Source of the DNA: Oligoflexales bacterium
Lineage (GTDB): Bacteria > Bdellovibrionota_B > Oligoflexia > Oligoflexales > Bog-1112
Direction: 5' to 3'
Length of the DNA: 64,000 bases
Assembly: GCA_045105515.1 (NCBI GenBank)
Contig: JBGCDR010000177.1
Location: 32,001 to 96,000 of the forward strand
Position numbers and translations under genes: made by a program. Each line of letters opens with the position of its first letter. Position 1 is the stretch's first letter. Of the stretch, positions 8,213 to 17,683 are shown one piece after another. A model generated the notes under the pieces. That model searched no databases and was not told the origin of the DNA. It saw only the letters and a list, made by a program, of their open reading frames with translations.

Positions 8213-11096
8213 GATTTTTACAGTAGCCAAAAAAGAACTATGGAGTTATTTCTCTTCTCCTACCGCGTTTATTTTTCTCCTTAGTTATTTGCTCGCTAGT
8301 CTCTTTACTTTTTTTTGGGTCGAAAAGTTTTTTTCTCGCAATATTGCTGACCTCAGGCCATTGTTTGAATGGATGCCGATCCTACTTATTTTTCTGATTT
8401 CCACACTAACCATGAAGATGTGGAGTGAGGAAAGACGGATGGGAACAGTCGAGTTTTTACTGACTTTACCTATTAAAACCCACGAATTAGTTGTAGGTAA
8501 GTTTTTAGCCTGCTTAGGACTCGTTGCTATTGCCCTCGTTTTGACGGTAGGAATGCCTATGACGGTTGGTGTTCTCGGACCTGTTGACTGGGGACCAGTT
8601 TTTGGAGCGTATCTTGCATCATTACTTCTTGCTTCAGCCTATTTAGCAATTGGATTATTTGTTAGCTCTCGGTGTGAAAATCAAATTGTTAGCTTAATTG
8701 TTACAGTCCTCTTGTGTGGGTTTTTTTATATCCTCGGTGCCGATACCATCGTCAGTCTTTTTGGTAACAAAGGAGGGGAAGTCCTTAGACTAATAGGGAC
8801 TGGCTCACGTTTTGAAGCGGTCAGCAGGGGCTTACTTGATTTCCGGGATATTTACTATTACCTCAGCATCACTGGTGTCTTTTTAGCTCTTAATGTTTAT
8901 TCTCTCGAACGTCTTAAGTGGTCTACTGAGTCTAAGGGGTCTGGACACGGAGTGGTCAGTGCGGTTTTAGGCCTCCTCTTAGCCAACTTTGTGGCTGCAA
9001 ATATTTGGTTGTACAAGGTCAATGCTGTTCGCGTTGATATGACTGCAGAAAAAAACTATTCTATTTCTACCTCTAGCAAGGAGATTATCGAACAACTCTC
9101 TGAACCACTGCTCATACGTGGGTATTTTAGTGAGAAAACTCACCCTTTACTTGCGCCATTAGTACCTCTCGTGAGAGATTATCTTGGGGAATATCAGCTT
9201 GCCAGCAGTGGAAAAATTAGGACTGAGTTTATCGACCCTCGTGAAAATGAGGAGTTGGAAGCTGAGGCTAACAGAAAATATAATATTGAGCCTGTGCCTT
9301 TTCAGGTAGCAGATAGGCACTCTGCATCAATGCTTAGCTCTTATTTTAATGTTGTTGTGCAATATGGAGACCAGTTCGAAGTTCTTGGATTTGAAGAACT
9401 GATTGAAATTAAGCACGATGGAATGGGTGAAGTGGATGTGCAGCTAAGAAACCTTGAGTATGATATTACCCGCAGTATCAAGAAAGTTATGCATTCATTC
9501 AACAATACTGATAATCTGTTTGCTAACCTCAAAAACCCAGTAAAGTTTGTTGGCTATATTTCCGAATCTGGCTTACCCGAGCAGCTGCAAAAATTGCATA
9601 GTGATATTAAAAAGTCATTGACTAAGTATAAAGAAAAGTCAGGTGGAAAGTTAGAGCTCGAGTATTTAGACCCTTCAAAGGACAGCGCTCTTGCAGATAA
9701 AGTAAAGAATGAATATGGTTTTAGGCCTCAATCTTTAAATATGTTTTCTCAAGAAAGCTTTTATTTTTATCTTACAATTCAAGATGGGGATAAAATTGTT
9801 TCCCTAGGGGTACCCGATGACTTAAGCGTTAGCAATTTTGAGAAATCCATGGACTCGGCACTTCAAAGGCTGCTACCTGGATTCCTTAAAACCGTGGGTA
9901 TTTATACTCCTCCTGCGCCTCAAATGAATCCGATGATGATGCAATATGGTGGTGGTGGACAAGGAAAACAGTTCCAGACCGTGCAGCAAAAGCTCGGGCA
10001 AAATTATACCACTGAGGTAGTAGATCTAAAATCAGGAACCATTAGTAGCAATATAGATATTCTTTTATTGATCAGTCCGAAGGAACTTGACGAAAAGCAA
10101 CTTTTTGCTGTTGATCAATTCTTGATGCAAGGTGGTACCGTCGTTCTAGCTTCTTCTCCAGCTACTGTAGAGATTAGCCGCAGTGGGTTTAATATCAAAG
10201 AACAAACAAGTGGTCTTGAAGATTGGTTAGCTCATCATGGCATAGAAGTACCTAAAGAACTGGTTATGGATAAGCAAAATGCCGGTTTTCCAGAAATTAG
10301 AAAACGTAGCGTCCAAGGTATTACGATCAATGAGCCTTTCTTAGCACCATACCCACTTTTCATCGATGTGAGGAATACAGGCCTAAACTCTGATATCGCC
10401 ATGACTTCCGGGCTTGGACAGGTTAACATGGCTTGGGCATCACCTATTGTCGTTGACAAAGAAAAAAATGGTGGTCGTAAAGTTGTTAAGCTCATCGAAA
10501 GTTCTAAAGAATCTTGGAAAACTGTAGACCTTAAAGTGGAGGCAAACCGTAACCTTTATCCTGAGTTAGGTTTCGCTGAAGGTGATAAAAAGCAGCCTCA
10601 TTTGCTTGCAGCAATGGTTGAGGGTAGTTTTAAATCTTATTTTGTAGGTAAGGATTCTCCTCTGCTAGCAAAAGAAGATGATAAGGCTGCTGAGGAAGGT
10701 GCGGACGATAAAAAAGAGAAAGATGAAAAGGCTTTTGTAACTGGGGTTATCGAAAAATCTCCAGATATAGGTAGAATCATTCTGTTTGCTAGCAATGAGT
10801 TTATTTCAGATGATGTTCTGAAGATCTCTGGTATGGTTGGAGGGACCCAGTATCTAAATTCTGTGCAGCTTGTAGAGAACTCTCTTGATTGGTCAACTCA
10901 AGATAGGGTATTGCTTGCTATTCGTAGCAGAGGGCACTTTGCTCGCACTCTCTTGCCATTAAGTGATAGCAGCAAAACCTGGTGGGAAGGGCTGAATTAT
11001 GCCATTGCTTTTCTAGGGCTATTATCTGTTTTTGGGATTTATGGATTGTTAAAAAGAAACTCAAAACAACATTACAAAGCAATGAACTTGATATAA
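8205..11096 (+). CDS. Fused ABC-2 permease (GldF-like) and GldG-like auxiliary domain protein
   Basis: N-terminal KKELWSYFSSP, WSEERRMGTVEFLLTLP and multiple TM helices, then RVDMT..YSIS, EYDITRSIKK, DQFLMQGG and a C-terminal TM. ATG 8205 with SD AGGAG overlaps the ATPase stop. Confidence 0.88.
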   Translation: MSKIFTVAKKELWSYFSSPTAFIFLLSYLLASLFTFFWVEKFFSRNIADLRPLFEWMPILLIFLISTLTMKMWSEERRMGTVEFLLTLPIKTHELVVGKFLACLGLVAIALVLTVGMPMTVGVLGPVDWGPVFGAYLASLLLASAYLAIGLFVSSRCENQIVSLIVTVLLCGFFYILGADTIVSLFGNKGGEVLRLIGTGSRFEAVSRGLLDFRDIYYYLSITGVFLALNVYSLERLKWSTESKGSGHGVVSAVLGLLLANFVAANIWLYKVNAVRVDMTAEKNYSISTSSKEIIEQLSEPLLIRGYFSEKTHPLLAPLVPLVRDYLGEYQLASSGKIRTEFIDPRENEELEAEANRKYNIEPVPFQVADRHSASMLSSYFNVVVQYGDQFEVLGFEELIEIKHDGMGEVDVQLRNLEYDITRSIKKVMHSFNNTDNLFANLKNPVKFVGYISESGLPEQLQKLHSDIKKSLTKYKEKSGGKLELEYLDPSKDSALADKVKNEYGFRPQSLNMFSQESFYFYLTIQDGDKIVSLGVPDDLSVSNFEKSMDSALQRLLPGFLKTVGIYTPPAPQMNPMMMQYGGGGQGKQFQTVQQKLGQNYTTEVVDLKSGTISSNIDILLLISPKELDEKQLFAVDQFLMQGGTVVLASSPATVEISRSGFNIKEQTSGLEDWLAHHGIEVPKELVMDKQNAGFPEIRKRSVQGITINEPFLAPYPLFIDVRNTGLNSDIAMTSGLGQVNMAWASPIVVDKEKNGGRKVVKLIESSKESWKTVDLKVEANRNLYPELGFAEGDKKQPHLLAAMVEGSFKSYFVGKDSPLLAKEDDKAAEEGADDKKEKDEKAFVTGVIEKSPDIGRIILFASNEFISDDVLKISGMVGGTQYLNSVQLVENSLDWSTQDRVLLAIRSRGHFARTLLPLSDSSKTWWEGLNYAIAFLGLLSVFGIYGLLKRNSKQHYKAMNLI

Positions 11097-11108
11097 AAGG
11101 AGCTTTTC

Positions 11109-12233
11109 ATGAAAAAGAGCATAAATATTTTAGCTGCTCTGCTTCTGGTACAGATAGTCTTGGCAGTTTTTCTTTTAACTCGCGAAGAACCAACTGCCAC
11201 ATTTACGTCTAATGAACCATTGGTTGCAGTTACAACGGCGCAAGTTGATAAGATTTTAATCGAATCAAAAGAAGACGATAAGCTTAAATCACTTGAAATT
11301 GTCAAGAAGGATGGAACTTGGATAGTACCCACTTATTATAATTTTCCGGTTGCTGAAAATAAGTTAAGAGACTTCTTAACCACAATGACTGGATTTAAAA
11401 AGTCATGGCCAGTTGGAAAAACCAAGATTTCGGCAAAGCAGTTTAAAGTTGTTGATGATAGTTTTGAAAGAAAGCTTAGCCTTTATGAGGCAGATAAAAA
11501 ACTTACGACTCTTTACCTTGGTTCATCCCCGAGCTTTAAGAAGGTGCATGCTAGAGTCAACGACGAAGACTACACTTATAGCGTTGGTTTTAATACCTAT
11601 GAAGCACAGGTGAATAGTAAAGATTGGATCAATAAAAATTACTTAGATCAAGAAAGAGCTAAGGTAAAGTCTATTAGTTTAGCTGGCGTTAAGCTTGAGA
11701 ATAATAGTGGAGACTTTGTCCTTGAGAAAACCCCTGAGGGTCAGGAAACGGATAGATCTAAGGTTAGTCCAGTCGCATCAAAAGCGATTTCACCTAGTTT
11801 TGATGAAGTCTTAGGGCTTAAAGAAAAGGTTCAGTATGGTGATGAAGTATTCAGCTATGAAATCCAAGTGGGCGAGGAAGCTATCGAATATCATTATTAT
11901 AAATCTATAGCTAAATCAGAAAAGACTCAGGATGATAAAGCCAAAACTGATGCCAAAGAGAAAAAGCCAGAAGAGAAACTTGTTTTACTAGTTTCAAATA
12001 CACCATTTGCCTTCGAAGTGAGAAAAAACAAGATTGACTCGCTTATGACTGTTAAAGAAGCGCAGCTCCTTAAAGTCAAGAGCGCCGAAAGTTCTAAGGA
12101 AGAGAAAGTGGAAGAATCTAGCGAGACAAAAAAAGATGCTTTGAATCAAAACCAGAGTGAACAATCTTCTTATGCAGGAGATGATGAATCAGAGCAAGAA
12201 GCATTAGTGTATTCTGAAGATTCAAATGAATAA
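11109..12233 (+). CDS. DUF4340-like periplasmic component of the Gld-type ABC system
   Basis: N-terminal TM anchor, KKDGTW..YNFPVAENKLRDFL, LYLGSSP..HARV; third gene of the operon; acidic tail. Confidence 0.75.
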   Translation: MKKSINILAALLLVQIVLAVFLLTREEPTATFTSNEPLVAVTTAQVDKILIESKEDDKLKSLEIVKKDGTWIVPTYYNFPVAENKLRDFLTTMTGFKKSWPVGKTKISAKQFKVVDDSFERKLSLYEADKKLTTLYLGSSPSFKKVHARVNDEDYTYSVGFNTYEAQVNSKDWINKNYLDQERAKVKSISLAGVKLENNSGDFVLEKTPEGQETDRSKVSPVASKAISPSFDEVLGLKEKVQYGDEVFSYEIQVGEEAIEYHYYKSIAKSEKTQDDKAKTDAKEKKPEEKLVLLVSNTPFAFEVRKNKIDSLMTVKEAQLLKVKSAESSKEEKVEESSETKKDALNQNQSEQSSYAGDDESEQEALVYSEDSNE

Positions 12234-12298
12234 AGCAAGTGCTAGTCTATGAGGGTCGGAGCTGGGAATGCTCCCCTCAATTTGTGAGGAAATAAGCT

Positions 12299-13024
12299 TT
12301 GCTAGAAGTGGCAAGAGCAGATTTGCTTGATAAAGTTTTTGGCCCAGCTGGCTTTGATGGTGTCTGGTCAAAGCAAAGCCGATCTCTCTTTGCCTCTGAT
12401 CGATTTAAAAACCAGAAGGTTACTCTAGATCGAAATTGGGTGATTACCCCTCAAGACTATATTTGTTGCATTTGTGATCGTGATAAGTCGCAATTACTAA
12501 ATCAGGGAGATGGGGAGTTTTTAGCGATCTTGCACTGTGATCATGATCATATTTCCGATGTGATTCATACTAGAGCCAAGGAACTCGAGATCTGCCAGGA
12601 TATCAGGCCCTTGATTCAATCATATACTTCTTACGAACCAGTGATTGTCTGCAAAACTTGCAATTGGTTGGACTCACAGGTTAAACGAATGTTGCCTAAG
12701 GTTCACAAATACTTCAGTTTTGCACCAAAGGAAAAGCGCCTCCTTATCAAAGAGTTTGGACGAAAGCGTCACAGAATAGATAAGAATTTGGCCCTACAAA
12801 AATGGCGTTATTATGCTAAGAGTTTTGAAGCTAAACTAGCTGCGATTGATTGTGATTTGCACGACTATGTGAACTGTGGCGGGCGCTTTATAGGATATAA
12901 CCCTAAAAAGAAACTATTTCATAGCGCTTTTGAAAGATTTTGCAATGTCAGTGGTTCCCAAGATTTTAGCTTAGATTTCCAAGAGTTTCTGCGAATTAGT
13001 ATGGGATGTTCTGGTAAGCCTTAA
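12299..13024 (+). CDS. Putative zinc-binding His-Me finger (HNH/endonuclease VII-like) nuclease
   Basis: CCICDR ... HCDHDH ... VCKTCN motif order. TTG start with SD GAGG. Confidence 0.6.
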   Translation: MLEVARADLLDKVFGPAGFDGVWSKQSRSLFASDRFKNQKVTLDRNWVITPQDYICCICDRDKSQLLNQGDGEFLAILHCDHDHISDVIHTRAKELEICQDIRPLIQSYTSYEPVIVCKTCNWLDSQVKRMLPKVHKYFSFAPKEKRLLIKEFGRKRHRIDKNLALQKWRYYAKSFEAKLAAIDCDLHDYVNCGGRFIGYNPKKKLFHSAFERFCNVSGSQDFSLDFQEFLRISMGCSGKP

Positions 13025-13028
13025 TTTT

Positions 13029-15446
13029 CTAAGATGTTTGGGATTTAGGGTCAATCGGAACCTGAATCTCAAAGGAAGTGTGAGTGGCATCTTGAAGAAG
13101 TTTAATGTTTCCGCCAATGGATTCAAAAATATTTTTAGCAGTAAATAAACCTAAGCCAACTCCACTACCAACTGGTTTTCCGGTTACAAATGGGTTGAAC
13201 AATGTTTCTTTTAGCTTCTCTGGAACTCCCGTACCATTGTCAGCAACGATAAAATGGATAAATTCTTCTTTTTCGGCTACTGTGATCTTAATCCATTTGG
13301 TATCAACTTTGTCTAATGCGTCTTTAGCGTTGTAAATTAGGGCAAGCATCGCTTCGATAAATGAACTTTTTATGCAATTTATGAAGACTTCTTTGGGAGG
13401 AGTTATGAAGCTTAACTCAATGTTTTCGTAAACCAATTGTGAATTGCAAAAATACAATAAGTCATTTAGTAACGATTCTACTGAGTATGACTTCATCTCT
13501 GATGTCGAGCTCTTCAAGGTGAAGGACTGCATTTTGGTAACAATATTGCTAATCCTAGACGTAGCTTTTTTGAGTTTCTCTGAATAATTTAAGATTCTTT
13601 CACGATCTACCTCTTCCTGTTTGACGAAATGACATATGTGAGAGTTTAGTCCATCAATTATTGCTAGGGGGTTGTTGATCTCGTGGGCGATTCCATTGGC
13701 CATGTCAATGAGCGCTTGCCATTTGACAATTTCGGCTATTTGAGTTTGTGTTTGTCGCATATGGGTAATATCTTTTACAATTATCATTAGTTTGCTGATT
13801 TTTTGGGTTTCTGAATCGATGATTGGCTGCCAGTTAATTTCAAAAGTTTTCGACTCTTCTTGTGATTTAGAACGATTAATTTCCTTTACTAAGTTTTTTT
13901 CTTCATATACAAAGGCTTCATAGTTTTCACCGATAATTTTATTGAGTGTATCTCGGGTTTTTTTGACTTCGAATGAACCTGCATCAGAATATGAAAATAA
14001 AAGATTAGTAGGGCTCATTAATGTAATATCATCAATTTCAAAAATTTTTTTACAGTATTCAGAATATTCGTGATGAATAACCCCACCTTCCATAATAGTT
14101 AAAATTCCTTGGTTTATATTGGAAAGTAGCGTATTTAGATCATTGGTTTTTATTGATAAACTGGTAGCTTTTTCAGCAAGCTCTTTCTTTTGCTGCTCAA
14201 CCATTTTTAACATTTTGGCCATTTTTTCCCAATAAAACGATTTGTATGCAAACGTAACTATTGAGAGGCTCGTGAAGCCTATGATAGACCAAAACCAGGG
14301 AATTATGAGATCCATATATGCAAAGCTAGCTAGCCCGGAAAGAACAATACTGCCTACTATTAATATTGTTGCTAACCAGTAGAAAAAAGAAGATAAATTA
14401 AGAGCTAATATAAAGCCTATAGCTGTCCAAGTAGTGATGTAAAGCCATTCATAAGCAGCAGAATTAATCCAAGAATTTGTAATTATACTATTCACAATTG
14501 AGGTGATGAATATACCGCCAGGGATGTAACCGTAAGGAGAGTCATGAAAATCTGTACCACCCGTGTACATTTCTGGAAGTATGATAATAGTATCACCTTT
14601 GTTGATCGTATTTAGTTTAGCTCTAACGCTGGATAAATGCCCAACATTTCGATAAAAACTCTTAGGATCTAGTAAATTAATTAATGTATTTCCCCTACTG
14701 TCGATCGGAAGTGCAGTCTGATTAATATAAATTTGGTTTTTGCGCTGACTTACAGAATCAGCAACAAGCATTGCAGCGTGTGGTACAAAGTAATTATCCT
14801 TGAATAAGACAAATGGAGAAAAGGTCAGTTGACCGTTGTAATTAAGTGTACCAATGTTTGAAAATGCTTCAGAAAAAATAGCATTAGGCCCATAGAAGAA
14901 ACCTGTTTCCTGCCTTTTCATATTGGCTATAGGGCTGAGAATTCTAAATTTATCATGTAAAAACGAGTCCATTAGAGAGTATTTATCTAGGTCAATTTCT
15001 CTACGGTAGTTGATTTTATTTTTAGATAAAAAGGCACCTACTACGATCGGAGATTCAATATTCTCAATAAGTTCGATAGACTCTTTAATTTTTTTATTCG
15101 GATCAGTTAAAAAACTAAATATCTTATCAATAAAAATGAGTTTTGGTTCTCTAGTGGCAAGCATTTCAAGCAAGTTTGCCCATTCATGGATGAAGAGATT
15201 TGACCTTTTTAAGGTAGCAAGATCCTTGTCAGAAAACGCGAAAATTTTTATCTTTTTACTTAGCTTTGGGGATTTTTTGAGATATCTTTTTACATAGTAT
15301 TCTGAGGATGTTGAAATTTTAAACCTTAATAATCTACCAAAATTTGTTTCTGCAACAAAATCGATACAGGTCGCATACGTGAGTACAACCATAACCGCCC
15401 AAAGGTATTTCTTCTTTAGTGATATTTTTATCTTTTCTATATTCAT
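13029..15446 (-). CDS. CHASE2-domain membrane sensor histidine kinase
   Basis: CHASE2 hallmarks (IFIDKIF, DFHDSPYGYIPG) and 3 TM helices, PAS-like region, H-box GIAHEINNPL, N-box NAKDA, DNGTG, F-box LFNPF, GVGLGL. Confidence 0.88.
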   Translation of the reverse strand: MNIEKIKISLKKKYLWAVMVVLTYATCIDFVAETNFGRLLRFKISTSSEYYVKRYLKKSPKLSKKIKIFAFSDKDLATLKRSNLFIHEWANLLEMLATREPKLIFIDKIFSFLTDPNKKIKESIELIENIESPIVVGAFLSKNKINYRREIDLDKYSLMDSFLHDKFRILSPIANMKRQETGFFYGPNAIFSEAFSNIGTLNYNGQLTFSPFVLFKDNYFVPHAAMLVADSVSQRKNQIYINQTALPIDSRGNTLINLLDPKSFYRNVGHLSSVRAKLNTINKGDTIIILPEMYTGGTDFHDSPYGYIPGGIFITSIVNSIITNSWINSAAYEWLYITTWTAIGFILALNLSSFFYWLATILIVGSIVLSGLASFAYMDLIIPWFWSIIGFTSLSIVTFAYKSFYWEKMAKMLKMVEQQKKELAEKATSLSIKTNDLNTLLSNINQGILTIMEGGVIHHEYSEYCKKIFEIDDITLMSPTNLLFSYSDAGSFEVKKTRDTLNKIIGENYEAFVYEEKNLVKEINRSKSQEESKTFEINWQPIIDSETQKISKLMIIVKDITHMRQTQTQIAEIVKWQALIDMANGIAHEINNPLAIIDGLNSHICHFVKQEEVDRERILNYSEKLKKATSRISNIVTKMQSFTLKSSTSEMKSYSVESLLNDLLYFCNSQLVYENIELSFITPPKEVFINCIKSSFIEAMLALIYNAKDALDKVDTKWIKITVAEKEEFIHFIVADNGTGVPEKLKETLFNPFVTGKPVGSGVGLGLFTAKNIFESIGGNIKLLQDATHTSFEIQVPIDPKSQTS

Positions 15447-15614
15447 CTAAAATTTTTTTTCTAATGGTTCTGTATGCCTCTCGGATAATTTCAGACTTTT
15501 CTTTATTAATGTTGTGTTAGTGATTAAAAGAGTTTTGATGCTAGGTGTAGGAATTGAAAAAGTGGGTTAAAGATTGGCAGGGCTTAAAATGAATATATAT
15601 GAGGAATTTTTTTG

Positions 15615-17582
15615 CTAGTTTTGTTCCTCTTGGTTCGGAATTTCAGTAAATTGTTTGATCGCTGCAATATTTTCTAGCGTGCTTGTATCTCCAGATATTC
15701 TCCTTCCTGAGGCAATATCTCTTAAGAGCCTTCGCATGATTTTTCCCGATCTGGTTTTTGGAAGGGTATCGGTGAAAATAATACTATCTGGCCTGGCAAG
15801 AGCACCAATATGCTCACAAACATGTTGCTTTAGCAGTCCTGCGAGCTTTTGCGAGTCTATTCCATTTTTTAGGGTCACAAAGCAGCATATAGCCTCTCCT
15901 TTAAGTTCGTCTGGCTTGCCAACAACAGCTGCTTCAGCTACAGATTTATGACTAACCAACGATGACTCTATTTCCATAGTGCTTAGGCGGTGTCCTGAAA
16001 CATTCAAAACATCATCTATTCGTCCCATGATCCAAATGTCACCATCTTCATCAATGCGGGCTCCATCACCTGTGAAGTATTTCCCTGGGACTTTCTCCCA
16101 GTACTGGCTTTTAAATCGGTCATGGTCTCCGTATATAGTGCGCATCATGCTGGGCCATGGTTTACTAATTACTAGGTATCCTCCCTGGTTGGTATCGACT
16201 TGTTTGCCTTGTTCATCCACTACTTGTGGAGCGATGCCAAAAAAGGGCCTGGTTGCGGAACCAGGTTTGGCGTTAGTAGCTCCCGGAAGGCCCGCAATCA
16301 TGATGCTTCCTGTTTCTGTTTGCCACCAACTATCGACGATTGGACATTGTCCTTTTCCTATTGTTTTTTGATACCACATCCAAGCTTCTGGGTTTATTGG
16401 TTCACCTACGGTTCCGAGTAATTTAAGTGAACTTAGATCATATTGCTTGGGAATTTCGGGACCATATTTAATAAAGGAACGGATTGCTGTTGGAGCAGTG
16501 TAAAATTTGGAAACTTTATACTTTTCAATAAGTTGCCAGAATCGTCCCCAGTCTGGAGTATTTGGAGCCCCTTCATACATTAGAGTGCTAACACCAAGTG
16601 CAAAGGGCCCATAGATACAGTAGCTGTGCCCGGTAATCCATCCAATATCGGCGGTGCACCAATAAATATCATCATCTTTCAAATCAAAGATGTATTTGCT
16701 TGTTACTGCGGCCCCAAGTAGATAGCCAGCAGTTGTATGAAGGATTCCTTTTGGTTTTCCAGTGCTTCCTGAAGTGTAAAGTAAAAATAGGGGGTGTTCA
16801 CTATCGAATCCTGGAGCCTCACAGAGTTCTGAAGAATCTTTAATAAAATCTTGCCAGGTCAAATCATTTGCACTGTTGAAGGAGTACTTCTGTCCTGTCC
16901 GCTCCAAAACAATCACTTTCTCTAACCAGGGACAGGCTTTATGACATGCATCTACGGTGTCTTTTAGAGGGAGTTTTTTTCCTTTCCGGAATACCCCATC
17001 AGCAGTCACCACAAAACGTGACTTAGCATCGGTGAGACGAGAGATTAGTGAGTCGGAGCTGAAACCCGCAAAAACTACATTATGCATAACTCCGATCCGA
17101 GCGCATGCTAAAATCCCAATTGTAAGCTCAGGTACCATCGGCATATAAAAAGTTACAACATCCCCAACCTTAACACCTAGGCGTTTGAAGCTATTTGCAA
17201 CTTTGCAGACTTCTTTATGAAGTTCTCGGTATGTGATTTCCTTTGTGTCCCCTGGCTCTCCTTCCCAGTAAATCGCCACTTTGTCAGCTTTGCTAGGTAG
17301 ATGGCGGTCTACGCAGTTGTAGCATGCGTTGATGACACCTCCTAAGAACCACTTAAAATGATAGTCTTGTTCTTGCTTAAAGACCTCTGTAAATGGTGAA
17401 TACCAGTGGAGGTTTTCAGCTTGCTGTTGCCAATAACTTTCTGAGTTTTGATGGGCGCTTTGCCAAATATCTTCATACTTTGAAAGGCTGTCAACGTAAG
17501 CATTGCTTGCAAACTCTTTGGGAGGAATAAAATACCTATGTTCCTTAAGTATATTACTAATATTTTCAGACTTATTTTCCAT
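15615..17582 (-). CDS. acs: Acetyl-CoA synthetase
   Basis: YTSGSTGKPKG, TADIGWITGHSY, VGEPINPEAW, WWQTETG, PKTRSGKIMRR. ATG 17582 has SD AAAGGAG. Confidence 0.96.
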   Translation of the reverse strand: MENKSENISNILKEHRYFIPPKEFASNAYVDSLSKYEDIWQSAHQNSESYWQQQAENLHWYSPFTEVFKQEQDYHFKWFLGGVINACYNCVDRHLPSKADKVAIYWEGEPGDTKEITYRELHKEVCKVANSFKRLGVKVGDVVTFYMPMVPELTIGILACARIGVMHNVVFAGFSSDSLISRLTDAKSRFVVTADGVFRKGKKLPLKDTVDACHKACPWLEKVIVLERTGQKYSFNSANDLTWQDFIKDSSELCEAPGFDSEHPLFLLYTSGSTGKPKGILHTTAGYLLGAAVTSKYIFDLKDDDIYWCTADIGWITGHSYCIYGPFALGVSTLMYEGAPNTPDWGRFWQLIEKYKVSKFYTAPTAIRSFIKYGPEIPKQYDLSSLKLLGTVGEPINPEAWMWYQKTIGKGQCPIVDSWWQTETGSIMIAGLPGATNAKPGSATRPFFGIAPQVVDEQGKQVDTNQGGYLVISKPWPSMMRTIYGDHDRFKSQYWEKVPGKYFTGDGARIDEDGDIWIMGRIDDVLNVSGHRLSTMEIESSLVSHKSVAEAAVVGKPDELKGEAICCFVTLKNGIDSQKLAGLLKQHVCEHIGALARPDSIIFTDTLPKTRSGKIMRRLLRDIASGRRISGDTSTLENIAAIKQFTEIPNQEEQN

Positions 17583-17683
17583 GGACAGGCTCCTTTTCTG
17601 ATTGCCATAGGACTGAGCCAAAAATTTCAGTCTAGAAGTCAATCAAGGTTCAGTCCAGAGAAAGTAGAGAATAGACATTGTAT

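Noticed and set aside
15655..17148. Plus-strand ORFs antisense to acs (likewise those inside pdh, fabF, the antiporter, ppiD and mreB)
   Set aside because: Shadow ORFs arising from codon bias of conserved genes on the opposite strand.
17583..17642. N-terminal extensions in the ORF track (acs, pdhA, pdhB, yitJ, 52910 ORF)
   Set aside because: Downstream ATGs fit the expected family N-termini and/or have better SD sequences.
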